From positions 16,662 through 80,661 of the forward strand of contig PMCS01000025.1 in the NCBI GenBank assembly GCA_003154195.1: a stretch of 64,000 nt of DNA, read 5' to 3'. Of this stretch, positions 17,394 to 25,520 are shown piece by piece (position 1 is the stretch's first letter; each line of letters opens with the position of its first letter). The position numbers and the translations under genes are program-made. The notes below the pieces were generated by a model. That model was given only the letters and a program-made list of their open reading frames with translations, did not search any database and was not told the origin of the DNA. The DNA comes from Candidatus Omnitrophota bacterium. Lineage in GTDB: Bacteria; Omnitrophota; Gorgyraeia; Duberdicusellales; 4484-171.

Positions 17394-18251
17394 TCAATAT
17401 TTATTCAGAAAAGAAATTACTCTCTGCGCTACTTTTTCTCTTTCCTGGTCGGCGGTTATTATATGGTAAGAATCTTCGAGGAAGCAGATTTCCTTGTCGG
17501 ACGAACCAAGGCGTTGGTAAATATACTCGGAGTTGCGGGGGCTGGTCACATCGTCATCTTTGGCCTGGACCAATAACGCCGGATTCCGGATTGTACCCAG
17601 CAAGGAAGAAACATAGTTCGCTAATAAATGATTTTGATACATGCACGATACGGGGATAGCGGGATAACCATGCAAATGGATTTGTTCATAGTCGTCCAGC
17701 TTGGCCTTTTTGTAGTAGCTTTCGATTCGCGAACGCAGCCGTTCGTTCTTTATCCCGTAAGGAGACTCTTCTTTAAAGAAAATGTTGTACTTTAGGGGCG
17801 TCCGGTAAATTAGAGGAAGTAATACCCTCGACTTCGGCGTGCTCCACCCGTCGAAAAAAAGCGTCGGCGAGAGGCATATCAGCGCTTTGACCTTGCGGGG
17901 AAATTCATGGGCCAGACAAAGCCCCAGCAATGCCCCGAAGGATAAACCAGCCACAAATACGCTCTCGCAGCGCGCCGCCTGTTCCAGAAACTTTTCTTTC
18001 ATCGCGGCATAAAAATCCTGCCAGCGTATTTTCTTTAAAGTAGAAAGGGTCATATTATGCCCCTTCATCAGCGGCGCGGCCGCCGAATATCCCGCCCGAT
18101 GCAGGCGGTGGGCTAAAAATCCCATTTCCCGGGGCGTACCTGTAAGCCCATGAATAAGAAAACAGAGACGGTCATTGCCTTGTAGGAAAAAACTCTCGTC
18201 CGGAGCAACCGGATTTTTTTCCGCTTCTTCTTTAAAAGAAAAGATTACCAT
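17394..18251 (-). CDS. Alpha/beta-hydrolase (carboxylesterase/lipase)
   Basis: GLSFG nucleophile elbow (GxSxG). The alpha/beta-hydrolase layout has an HG oxyanion region (LIHGLTG). Confidence 0.7.
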   Translation of the reverse strand: MVIFSFKEEAEKNPVAPDESFFLQGNDRLCFLIHGLTGTPREMGFLAHRLHRAGYSAAAPLMKGHNMTLSTLKKIRWQDFYAAMKEKFLEQAARCESVFVAGLSFGALLGLCLAHEFPRKVKALICLSPTLFFDGWSTPKSRVLLPLIYRTPLKYNIFFKEESPYGIKNERLRSRIESYYKKAKLDDYEQIHLHGYPAIPVSCMYQNHLLANYVSSLLGTIRNPALLVQAKDDDVTSPRNSEYIYQRLGSSDKEICFLEDSYHIITADQEREKVAQRVISFLNKY

Positions 18252-18291
18252 AAGGGATAAATTGTATCACTAAAATAAAAAATACCCAAAC

Positions 18292-18320
18292 AAAAAATGC
18301 GTTGGGAAAGCGCATTTTTT
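18292..18320. promoter_or_regulatory. Hairpin with flanking A/T runs in the divergent promoter region
   Basis: aaaaaatgcg-ttgggaaag-cgcatttttt, followed by ttataat (-10-like) 5 bp before the ATG of 18338. Confidence 0.35.
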
Positions 18321-18337
18321 AGGTTATAATAACTGCC

Positions 18338-19885
18338 GTGAAAAGCCAGCCGCTTCTTACTACCGCCGTATATACGTCGGTCACCCAGATACCCCAAGCG
18401 CAGTGGGACGCATTGTTTTCCCCCGCCCCCGACGGTTACTATTTTTTTAAAACCATCGAAGAAACACTGAAAGACCAATTCCAGCCTTACTACCTTACGC
18501 TGTATAAAAACGGAGAAATCGCCTGCATTGCCCCCTGCTTTACGATGAATTATTCCCTGGCCACCACCGTTGACGGTCCGTTTAAAAAAGTACTCGACCG
18601 CCTGGGCAGTACCGTAACGAAATTCCTGACCTTGCGCGTCCTCATCTGCGGCTGCCCTACTGCCGAAGGAAGAATCGGCATCAAGGACCAACTCGACCGG
18701 GAAATCGTAGAATTACTGGCCGGCCGGATGTTTACCCTGGCAAAAGAAAAAAAAGCCGGCCTGGTAGCGTTCAAAGAGTTTTCGCCGCAATACGACCCGC
18801 TTTTCTCTCTTTTGCGTAAATCCGGGTTCCATAAAATGAGCAGCTACCCCGCGGCAATGCTGGAAATAAATTTCAATAATTTCGAAGATTATCTCTCCAG
18901 CCTCAGCAAGGTTACGCGCAAGAATCTCAGGAAAAAATTCCGGCAGGCAGGAGAACTGGCAAAAGTAGAGATGGAAACTGTCAATAGCCTCAACGAAAAC
19001 CTGGATGAAGTTTACACCCTCTATCTCAATACGCTCAATAAAAGCGGCGTCCAGTTTGAGATACTCACTAAAGATTTTTTTAAAAAAATATCGCAGAATA
19101 TGCCGGGGGAAACCAGATATTTTCTCTGGCGCATCAACGGAAAGCTTGCCGCCTTTGACCTTTGCCTGGTTTCCGGCGGGACTTTAATCGACGAATATAT
19201 CGGTATGGATTATACGCTAGCGTATCAATACCATCTGTATTACGTGACCTTTCGCGACGTATTCAACTGGTGCCTGCAAAATAACGTAAAGACAATCCAG
19301 GGCGGCAGTTTAAACTATGACCCTAAAAAACGTTTGGATTTCGTTTTCGTACCGCAAAGCATTTTCCTTAAACATAAGAATAGTTTCCTGAATTTTTTCT
19401 TCGGTATTCTTTGCAAAATTCTCCAGCCGGATAATTTTGATCCGGTTTTAAAAGCGGCGAAAAAAACAAAAAACGGCTTTTTCTGGAAAATTTTCACGTT
19501 GATATTTTTTGCCGACCTTGCGGAAGCGGCGGCCGATTTATTTTTTAAGAAAGGGACATCGGCGACCGGCATCACCAACGTCACCTTGCATAATCTTGCC
19601 CCGTTCACGGAACACCTGTTAACCAGCCCCCTTTTGTGGATTGGTATTGCCTTTTACTTTGTTAACTTTCTCTTCTGGATTACCGCGCTCTCGAAAGTCG
19701 ATTTAAGCGTCGCTTTCCCCATCGGGAGCACGACTTATGTCATCGTCCCGCTGTTGGCAATGATTTTCTTAGGCGAAAGAGTAATCTGGAGCCAATGGCT
19801 GGGTATTATCTTGATCATTGTCGGGATATTTTTTGTCTCGCAATCAAAAGAACAAGTTACGGCCAAGCAGGATATTGAAGAATGA
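18338..19885 (+). CDS. FemAB/GNAT-like (Acetyltransf_6-type) acyltransferase fused to a C-terminal EamA/ArnE-like 4-TM module
   Basis: The N-terminal ~380 aa resemble FemAB-like GNAT acyltransferases. The C-terminal ~130 aa form 4 TM helices in an SMR/EamA pattern (GIILIIVGIFFVSQ). The next gene, which overlaps by 4 bp, is a second EamA half. Confidence 0.6.
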   Translation: MKSQPLLTTAVYTSVTQIPQAQWDALFSPAPDGYYFFKTIEETLKDQFQPYYLTLYKNGEIACIAPCFTMNYSLATTVDGPFKKVLDRLGSTVTKFLTLRVLICGCPTAEGRIGIKDQLDREIVELLAGRMFTLAKEKKAGLVAFKEFSPQYDPLFSLLRKSGFHKMSSYPAAMLEINFNNFEDYLSSLSKVTRKNLRKKFRQAGELAKVEMETVNSLNENLDEVYTLYLNTLNKSGVQFEILTKDFFKKISQNMPGETRYFLWRINGKLAAFDLCLVSGGTLIDEYIGMDYTLAYQYHLYYVTFRDVFNWCLQNNVKTIQGGSLNYDPKKRLDFVFVPQSIFLKHKNSFLNFFFGILCKILQPDNFDPVLKAAKKTKNGFFWKIFTLIFFADLAEAAADLFFKKGTSATGITNVTLHNLAPFTEHLLTSPLLWIGIAFYFVNFLFWITALSKVDLSVAFPIGSTTYVIVPLLAMIFLGERVIWSQWLGIILIIVGIFFVSQSKEQVTAKQDIEE

Positions 19886-20256
19886 ACTTAAAAAATTTTT
19901 TATTAATCTTACTGCATGAAGTCGTCGGCGCCGCGGAGCAACTGTTTTTCAAAACCAGCGTCAACAACTTCCCCGAGGGAAAGCTGAGGGGCATCAAGGA
20001 CTACCTCATATTTTTAGGCAGAGTTTTCCGCTCACCGCTGATCTGGCTGGGATTTGTAATGACCGTTGCAATGTGGCTGGTATGGCTGGCGGTCCTGGCA
20101 AATCTTGACTTAAGCATTGCCGTCCCTTTAAGCAGTATCCACTATCTGGTAATATTCGCCGCGGCCTATTTCATCCTGAAAGAACGCATCGATAAAAAAC
20201 GCCTCTTCGGCGCCCTGCTCATCCTCATCGGAATAATCCTTGCGGCAGTGCGGTAA
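19882..20256 (+). CDS. EamA/SMR-like 4-TM protein (ArnE/ArnF-like flippase subunit)
   Basis: 124 aa with 4 TM helices. It pairs with the EamA module of the upstream gene. Confidence 0.6.
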   Translation: MNLKNFLLILLHEVVGAAEQLFFKTSVNNFPEGKLRGIKDYLIFLGRVFRSPLIWLGFVMTVAMWLVWLAVLANLDLSIAVPLSSIHYLVIFAAAYFILKERIDKKRLFGALLILIGIILAAVR

Positions 20257-20287
20257 TAGGAAGAATAACACATAACAGCAAAATATT

Positions 20288-20390
20288 TTCCCGCAAAGAC
20301 AGAGCGAAGCCTCCCCGAGAGGACAAAGCACGCAAAGATAATTAATCTCTTTATTATTTTCTTTACGCCCTTGGCGGGCTTTGCGGTAAA
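20288..20390. repeat. Inverted-repeat element, family E (TTCCCGCAAAG ... CTTTGCGG(G/T)AAA)
   Basis: Terminal inverted repeats ttcccgcaaag / ctttgcggtaaa. A related copy in inverted orientation lies at 34652-34750. Confidence 0.7.
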
Positions 20391-20467
20391 CTGATTTGTT
20401 TATATCAAGAAAAACATCTTGCATTTACCCTGCCGTCATTTAAAATATAATCCGCTGGAGGGTTTTT

Positions 20468-20767
20468 ATGAGTAAAAGAGATATAATTGCTAAATTACGC
20501 ACCGATTTACCTTACTTACGCCATAATTTCGGCGTCAAGCGGATTGCCCTGTTCGGCTCTTACGCAATCGGTAAAGCCACAAAGAAAAGCGATGTTGATT
20601 TAATGGTAGAATTCCAGCGGCCGATCGGCCTTAATTTTATCGACATGGCCGAGCATCTGGAAAAAATATTAGGGGTTAAAATCGATATCTTAACCGCCGC
20701 GGGAATAGAAGGGATAAGAGTTAAAAAAATAGCTCAGAGCATAAAAAGGAGCCTGCTATATGTCTGA
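20468..20767 (+). CDS. mntA: MntA nucleotidyltransferase antitoxin (type VII TA)
   Basis: GSYAIGKATKKSDVDLMV matches the minimal nucleotidyltransferase GSxxxGxxxxxSDxDL motif. Confidence 0.8.
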   Translation: MSKRDIIAKLRTDLPYLRHNFGVKRIALFGSYAIGKATKKSDVDLMVEFQRPIGLNFIDMAEHLEKILGVKIDILTAAGIEGIRVKKIAQSIKRSLLYV

Positions 20768-21101
20768 ACGTTCGGACAAAGAATTGCTCCAAGACATCAA
20801 AGAAGCGGCTTCGCGGATAAAATCATATACTGCCAAGATAAGCTATGAAACATTTTTATCCGACACTAAAACTCAAGACGCGGTAGTGCGCAATTTAGAG
20901 ATTATCGGCGAAGCGTCAAAAAAACTATCGACACAGTTTAAGAAAAAACACCCCGGAATCCCCTGGCAAAAAATTTCCGGCATGCGCGACAGGCTTATTC
21001 ACGATTATTCCGGCGTAAATCTCGACATCGTATGGACAGTGACCGACGAAGAACTGCCTTCCTTATCCGCAAAAATTACCAAAATACTCCAATCTATTTA
21101 A
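20760..21101 (+). CDS. hepT: HepT HEPN-domain toxin
   Basis: DUF86/HepT fold with the Rx4-6HxY motif (RDRLIHDY). It overlaps mntA by 8 bp. Confidence 0.8.
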   Translation: MSERSDKELLQDIKEAASRIKSYTAKISYETFLSDTKTQDAVVRNLEIIGEASKKLSTQFKKKHPGIPWQKISGMRDRLIHDYSGVNLDIVWTVTDEELPSLSAKITKILQSI

Positions 21102-21107
21102 AAAATA

Positions 21108-21245
21108 TTTCAAATCCGAGTAATCTGAGAAATCTGTGGACACATTTTTTGTTTCTCTTAGTATTCTTTGTGCCTTGGTAGTAGGTATCGGTTTTATCTT
21201 TAAAGTATCTATCGGTTTAATCCACGAAATCCGTGGACTAAAGTA
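21108..21245. repeat. Inverted-repeat element, family A copy 1 (rearranged)
   Basis: atccgagtaatctgagaaatctgtggac at 21114-21141 and atccacgaaatccgtggac at 21220-21238. It is related to the elements at 47779-47924 and 53808-53972. Confidence 0.6.
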
Positions 21246-21257
21246 TTTATTTCTGCA

Positions 21258-22244
21258 TTAAGCTTGCCCCAGCAATCCCAGAATCTCCAAATTCGTCGCT
21301 TCGTTAACCGAATTGATCTCCGCCTCAGCCCGGCCCTGAGCGCTGAAAATCTTTGGATGGTCGGTCTGGTATAAAAATTCCATGAACTTTCCGTTGATCT
21401 TAGGCAAAGAGTAATCGCCGGTGATATCCAGGCCGACGATATCGAGATGCTTTTTGATCAGCCCCAGCAGAAGAAGCACATCGTCCAGCTCAAAACAGCC
21501 TTCTTCCCAGTTAGTCAAAGAATAAGGCGCGCGCAGGCAATCTTTATCGACGCTGACGTAAACCTGCCGGGCATCGATTCTTTCTTTCAGGGCAAGAAAA
21601 AATTTCGTTAAATCGGCATTTCTCAATTCCTGCCAGTGTATTTTTTTATAAAACAATTTATCCTCGACCCTTATGGAAGCGCTGTGTCCGGGCACCTTTT
21701 TAAAAAATGTTGTCGTTGGACAATGGCGATAAGGATAAATCTCGACGCGGTTATCGGTAAGAGCGGCTAAATTTCCGGTTTGGATAGAAAAAGTCGAAAT
21801 GTCATGCGAAGAGACGCCCAGAAGGATGATTTTTTTGATGTTCGGATTTCGTAAGGCATAGGTAACCCACGAACCGTAGCCTAACCGGGGAGGAAGAATA
21901 TCCCAATCAGGATGATAATCAAAAACAATGATGGTGAGCGGCTCAGCGAATTGTTCAAGTAAAAGCCCGGAAATATGGTGGAAATCACCGGAACCCAGGA
22001 AGGTCACGCTGTTTTTTTCCTGAACGTTAAGGCTCTCTTTTATCACTTCGCTGTTTTTTTTATTTAGCCAGATACGGCAGGAAGGCCCAACATGGGTTAA
22101 GTCGATTACGGCAGGCGAATATTGTTCCCGGAGCCGCTTTTGCCGGGTAACGCTGTCGTCGAAATTCAAGACGCGGATTTTTCGCGATAACATCTTACGA
22201 AAGGCGATTGATGCCTTTCTGCAATGCCTCCTCGAAAAGGACAC
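21258..22244 (-). CDS. Arginase/ureohydrolase-fold family protein (degenerate metal motifs)
   Basis: GSGDFHH (GGDHS-like), FDYHPDWD (DAHxD-like), VSVDKDCL (SxDxDxxDP-like). The start is probably the internal Met at 22193, because the annotated start overlaps the upstream aminotransferase by 50 bp. Confidence 0.4.
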   Translation of the reverse strand: MSFSRRHCRKASIAFRKMLSRKIRVLNFDDSVTRQKRLREQYSPAVIDLTHVGPSCRIWLNKKNSEVIKESLNVQEKNSVTFLGSGDFHHISGLLLEQFAEPLTIIVFDYHPDWDILPPRLGYGSWVTYALRNPNIKKIILLGVSSHDISTFSIQTGNLAALTDNRVEIYPYRHCPTTTFFKKVPGHSASIRVEDKLFYKKIHWQELRNADLTKFFLALKERIDARQVYVSVDKDCLRAPYSLTNWEEGCFELDDVLLLLGLIKKHLDIVGLDITGDYSLPKINGKFMEFLYQTDHPKIFSAQGRAEAEINSVNEATNLEILGLLGQA

Positions 22245-23607
22245 AAGCTAAATCGATCTCTTTTTCGGTAATATAAAACGACGGGGCAATAGTAAAAACG
22301 TTCTTATAATACCCGCCCACATCGAGAATAAGGCCGCGTTTTTTTCCACCGGCGCTCAAGTTTCCGCTCAACCCCAAGTCGACCACGGTATCGGTCAATT
22401 CTTTATTCGGCGCATATCCGTCTTTATGGCATATTTCTACCCGCAATGCCAATCCCAAGCCGTCGACATCGCCGATTTGCGGGTACTTTTTCTGTAATTC
22501 CTTCAACTGGGCCAGAAAATAGCGTCCCTTTCGGGGAATTTCGATTTCGAAATTTGATTCCGCGATAAGGTTCATCACCTCCAAACCCACGGCCGTGCCC
22601 AGAGGATTGGAAGAAAAGGTAGAGTGGGTCGAACCGGGAGGAAATACGTCGGGCGAGATCAACTTTCCCTTCGCCCATACCCCGGAGAGAGGGTTTAAAC
22701 CGTTAGTCAAAGCTTTGCCGAAAACCACGATGTCCGGGACAACGTTAAAATGCTCGATGGCCAGGAATTTTCCCGTCCGGAAGAATCCCATCTGTATTTC
22801 GTCGTCAACCATCATGATGCCGTAACGATCAAGGGTTTGCTTAAGCTGGGAAAAATATTCAGGCGGCGGAACAACATAACCGCCCGTGCCCTGGATTGCC
22901 TCGACATAGAAGGCGGCAAATTCGCACTTGCCGGTCTTTTTATCGACTACCCCGTAGTATTCGGTCTCGAATAACCGCTCGAATTGCTTAATACAATAGA
23001 AATCGCAGGAATCCTTCTTTTTATCGTAAGGGCACCGGAAACAATAAGGATAAGGGACAAATAACGCCCGGTCGCCGAAATGGCCGAACCGTTCGCGGTA
23101 GCGATAACTCGAAGTGATTGCCGATGCGGCGAGCGTCCGGCCGTGATAACCGCCCATAAACGCGAACATAAGATTTTTGCCGGCATGGATACGCACTAAT
23201 TTAAGCGAATCTTCGATTGCCGCCGAACCGCCGACGTTAAAATGCACCCTTCCTTTCTCCGTAAAGGTTGCTTCCATGCGCCGGGCGATTTTTTCCGCCA
23301 GGAGTATTTTTTCCTCATGAAGATACTGGCAGGCCAGCTGGGGCAATTTATCGATTTGCCGCTTCAACGCGTTGTTTAACCGGGGGTTGGCATAGCCGAA
23401 GTTGACCGCCGAATACCACATCTGCAAATCCATATACTCAACGCCCCGGTGGTCATAGAGACAGCTTCCCTGGGCGCGGCTGAATATTTGAGGATGCGGC
23501 GCGTAATGAACCGTATCTCCCCAGGAACAGTATTTTTCTTCCAGCGCCAGCAGGTTATTCGCCGCGGCGGTAGACATTTTTCCCGTGGTTTTTCCTTTTT
23601 TCATCAT
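22195..23607 (-). CDS. Class-III (omega) PLP-dependent aminotransferase with Cys-rich insertion
   Basis: DDEIQMGFFRTGKFLAIEHF...FGKALTNG contains the PLP-binding lysine. There is an unusual insert CFRCPYDKKKDSCDFYC. Confidence 0.8.
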   Translation of the reverse strand: MMKKGKTTGKMSTAAANNLLALEEKYCSWGDTVHYAPHPQIFSRAQGSCLYDHRGVEYMDLQMWYSAVNFGYANPRLNNALKRQIDKLPQLACQYLHEEKILLAEKIARRMEATFTEKGRVHFNVGGSAAIEDSLKLVRIHAGKNLMFAFMGGYHGRTLAASAITSSYRYRERFGHFGDRALFVPYPYCFRCPYDKKKDSCDFYCIKQFERLFETEYYGVVDKKTGKCEFAAFYVEAIQGTGGYVVPPPEYFSQLKQTLDRYGIMMVDDEIQMGFFRTGKFLAIEHFNVVPDIVVFGKALTNGLNPLSGVWAKGKLISPDVFPPGSTHSTFSSNPLGTAVGLEVMNLIAESNFEIEIPRKGRYFLAQLKELQKKYPQIGDVDGLGLALRVEICHKDGYAPNKELTDTVVDLGLSGNLSAGGKKRGLILDVGGYYKNVFTIAPSFYITEKEIDLACVLFEEALQKGINRLS

Positions 23608-24314
23608 GGCAATGCCTTTTTAAAATAATGATACACATCCCTTAAGCTCTGTATCGGAATACACTGTTTTCTGGGCCCAGCCCATTTTTGCCAGAGATGT
23701 TCTTTGGCAAATACCAAGTCCGCGTGCCGCGAAGGGCAGATATCGGAACTTCCGTCTCCGATATAAACTCGGGTCTTGCCGTTGCTTACCCTCTGGAGCA
23801 AGGTATCCTTCTTACAATGGCCGCAATATCGCGAGCATGTCTCATTTTTGTAAGGGAAAAAAGGAATAAGACGGTTATTTACCAACCGCAGCCGGTTCGC
23901 ATAAATCTTCAATCCCTTAACTTTATTTGATTCCAGAATCGCCGCGATCAACGGCAAAAAACTGTCGCTTACAATCACCGACTGGATATTATTATCCTTA
24001 AACTCCCGCAGTAAAACAAGAAAATAAGGATCAATCTTGATATGGGAAAGATATTTCCTTAAATCATCTTTGCCTATTCTTACCGACTTAAACTGTTCCC
24101 GCAGGCATTTGTGCGAACCGATCTTGCCGGCTTGCCACTTCTTTTCCCATCCCTGCCATTCCTTATCGACCGAAAACCGCGCAATCAAATCATCCAAAAC
24201 GTCAAAAGAAGTGATGGTATTATCGAAATCAAAAAATACCTGGCACCCGGCTAAATCCATCGTTGGCTTGGAATCTCTATAGCGGCGTTGCTTACCATGT
24301 AAATCTCTTCCCAT
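23604..24314 (-). CDS. HAD-IB family hydrolase (MtnX/PSPase-like) with Cys-rich C-terminus
   Basis: FFDFDNTIT is HAD motif I. The C-terminus carries CSRYCGHCKKD. It overlaps the aminotransferase gene by 4 bp. Confidence 0.6.
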   Translation of the reverse strand: MGRDLHGKQRRYRDSKPTMDLAGCQVFFDFDNTITSFDVLDDLIARFSVDKEWQGWEKKWQAGKIGSHKCLREQFKSVRIGKDDLRKYLSHIKIDPYFLVLLREFKDNNIQSVIVSDSFLPLIAAILESNKVKGLKIYANRLRLVNNRLIPFFPYKNETCSRYCGHCKKDTLLQRVSNGKTRVYIGDGSSDICPSRHADLVFAKEHLWQKWAGPRKQCIPIQSLRDVYHYFKKALP

Positions 24315-24715
24315 AGCATTACCGATCTCCTCAGTCTTTTATTTCTTGCGGCGGAACCGGAGGAATGCTTCCCTGAATCTTTTGTACGATTATACTTTTA
24401 GATAACTCTTAAGGCAACAATATTTTTTGCGCTAAGCACATCCCTGACGCCTGCTTGCCATGCACAGGCAGCATCTTTACGGTGAAAAATGAGTATAGCC
24501 GGCATTTCGTTAGATTAACGTTAAAATAAAATTAATAATTTTTAATTTTTCCGGCGCAGAATCAGTCTCGTTAAGCTCTGGAACTTGCAAGCCCCCTCTA
24601 CAAAAATAAAATACCCCTTGCACCATTTCAATAGGGTGAGGGGTATTTTATGGCGGATCCGCCTCACCAGCTTCGCTGGCGGGCGAGATCTCGCCATTTT
24701 TCGCTTTGCGAAAAA

Positions 24716-24809
24716 TGGCGGAGAGGTGGGGATTTGAACCCCAGGTATAGGCTTTCACCCATACAGCGGTTTAGCAAACCGCCGCCTTAAACCACTCGGC
24801 CACCTCTCC
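24716..24809 (-). tRNA. tRNA-Ser (anticodon GCT)
   Basis: Read on the minus strand: GGAGAGG acceptor stem, anticodon loop TTGCTAA, long variable arm, T-loop GGTTCAAATCC, and an encoded CCA. Confidence 0.85.
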
Positions 24810-24994
24810 GAGAATTCGCGAAGCAAATTCGAGGATTTCGAGCCCCATTAAGGGCGAGAAATCTCAACAAGATTTCTCATATGCAGAAATTTCTTGGATC
24901 TCGAGTTCCGCTATGGCGAAACGAAAAATCTTAATAATATTTCTCGTGACGGCGTGTATTATAGCATTGCCTGAAGATTTTTAAAAGGCATTTT

Positions 24995-25510
24995 TCAATT
25001 TACCGTGCGGCGAATGGCGGTCGTTTGAGTCTTCTTCTCTTCCCTCTTCTTCCTGAAAAAATCGCTCATTAATTGTGAACATTCATCGGCCATGATTCCG
25101 CCTTTATATTTTATCTTATGATTAAGCTTTAAATCGTTAATGTTCATCTTTGAACCGAACGCGCCGGTTTTGGGGTCGACGGCGCCAAAAACAACCCGGC
25201 CGATGCGCGCCAGCACTAACGCTCCCGCGCACATGCTGCATGGCTCTACCGTAACGTATAGCACGCAATCTTGCAGCCACTTAGAGCGCAAAAAAGCCGC
25301 CGCGCCGGTGACGGCGAGGATTTCCGCGTGAGCCGTGGGATCAGACAAACGCTCTACCTGGTTATAAGCCTTGACGATTATTTTATCTTTTAAAACGACT
25401 ACCGCGCCGACAGGAGCCTCATCTTCCTGATAAGCGAGGCGCGCCTGGGCTATGGCGGTTTGCATATAGAATTTATCGGCCGGAAATAAACGCATGCGGG
25501 AATTAATCAA
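24995..25510 (-). CDS. tadA: tRNA-specific adenosine deaminase
   Basis: HAEILAV and VEPCSMCAGAL are the zinc-binding motifs of CDA-fold TadA. Confidence 0.85.
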   Translation of the reverse strand: MINSRMRLFPADKFYMQTAIAQARLAYQEDEAPVGAVVVLKDKIIVKAYNQVERLSDPTAHAEILAVTGAAAFLRSKWLQDCVLYVTVEPCSMCAGALVLARIGRVVFGAVDPKTGAFGSKMNINDLKLNHKIKYKGGIMADECSQLMSDFFRKKREEKKTQTTAIRRTVN

Positions 25511-25520
25511 AAAGGGATTC

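Noticed and set aside
18245-18691. 148-aa minus-strand ORF
   Set aside because: It lies antisense to the well-supported acyltransferase gene 18338..19885, and its composition is low-complexity. It is a spurious shadow ORF. The same applies to the other 60-130-aa ORFs nested in or antisense to the giant gene, the ATPase, the GT-C genes and the Bat genes.
24340-24715. Possible tmRNA or other large structured RNA next to tRNA-Ser
   Set aside because: There is no tRNA-like 5' GGGG...3' ACCA pairing and no tag-peptide reading frame. Only generic hairpins are recognisable.
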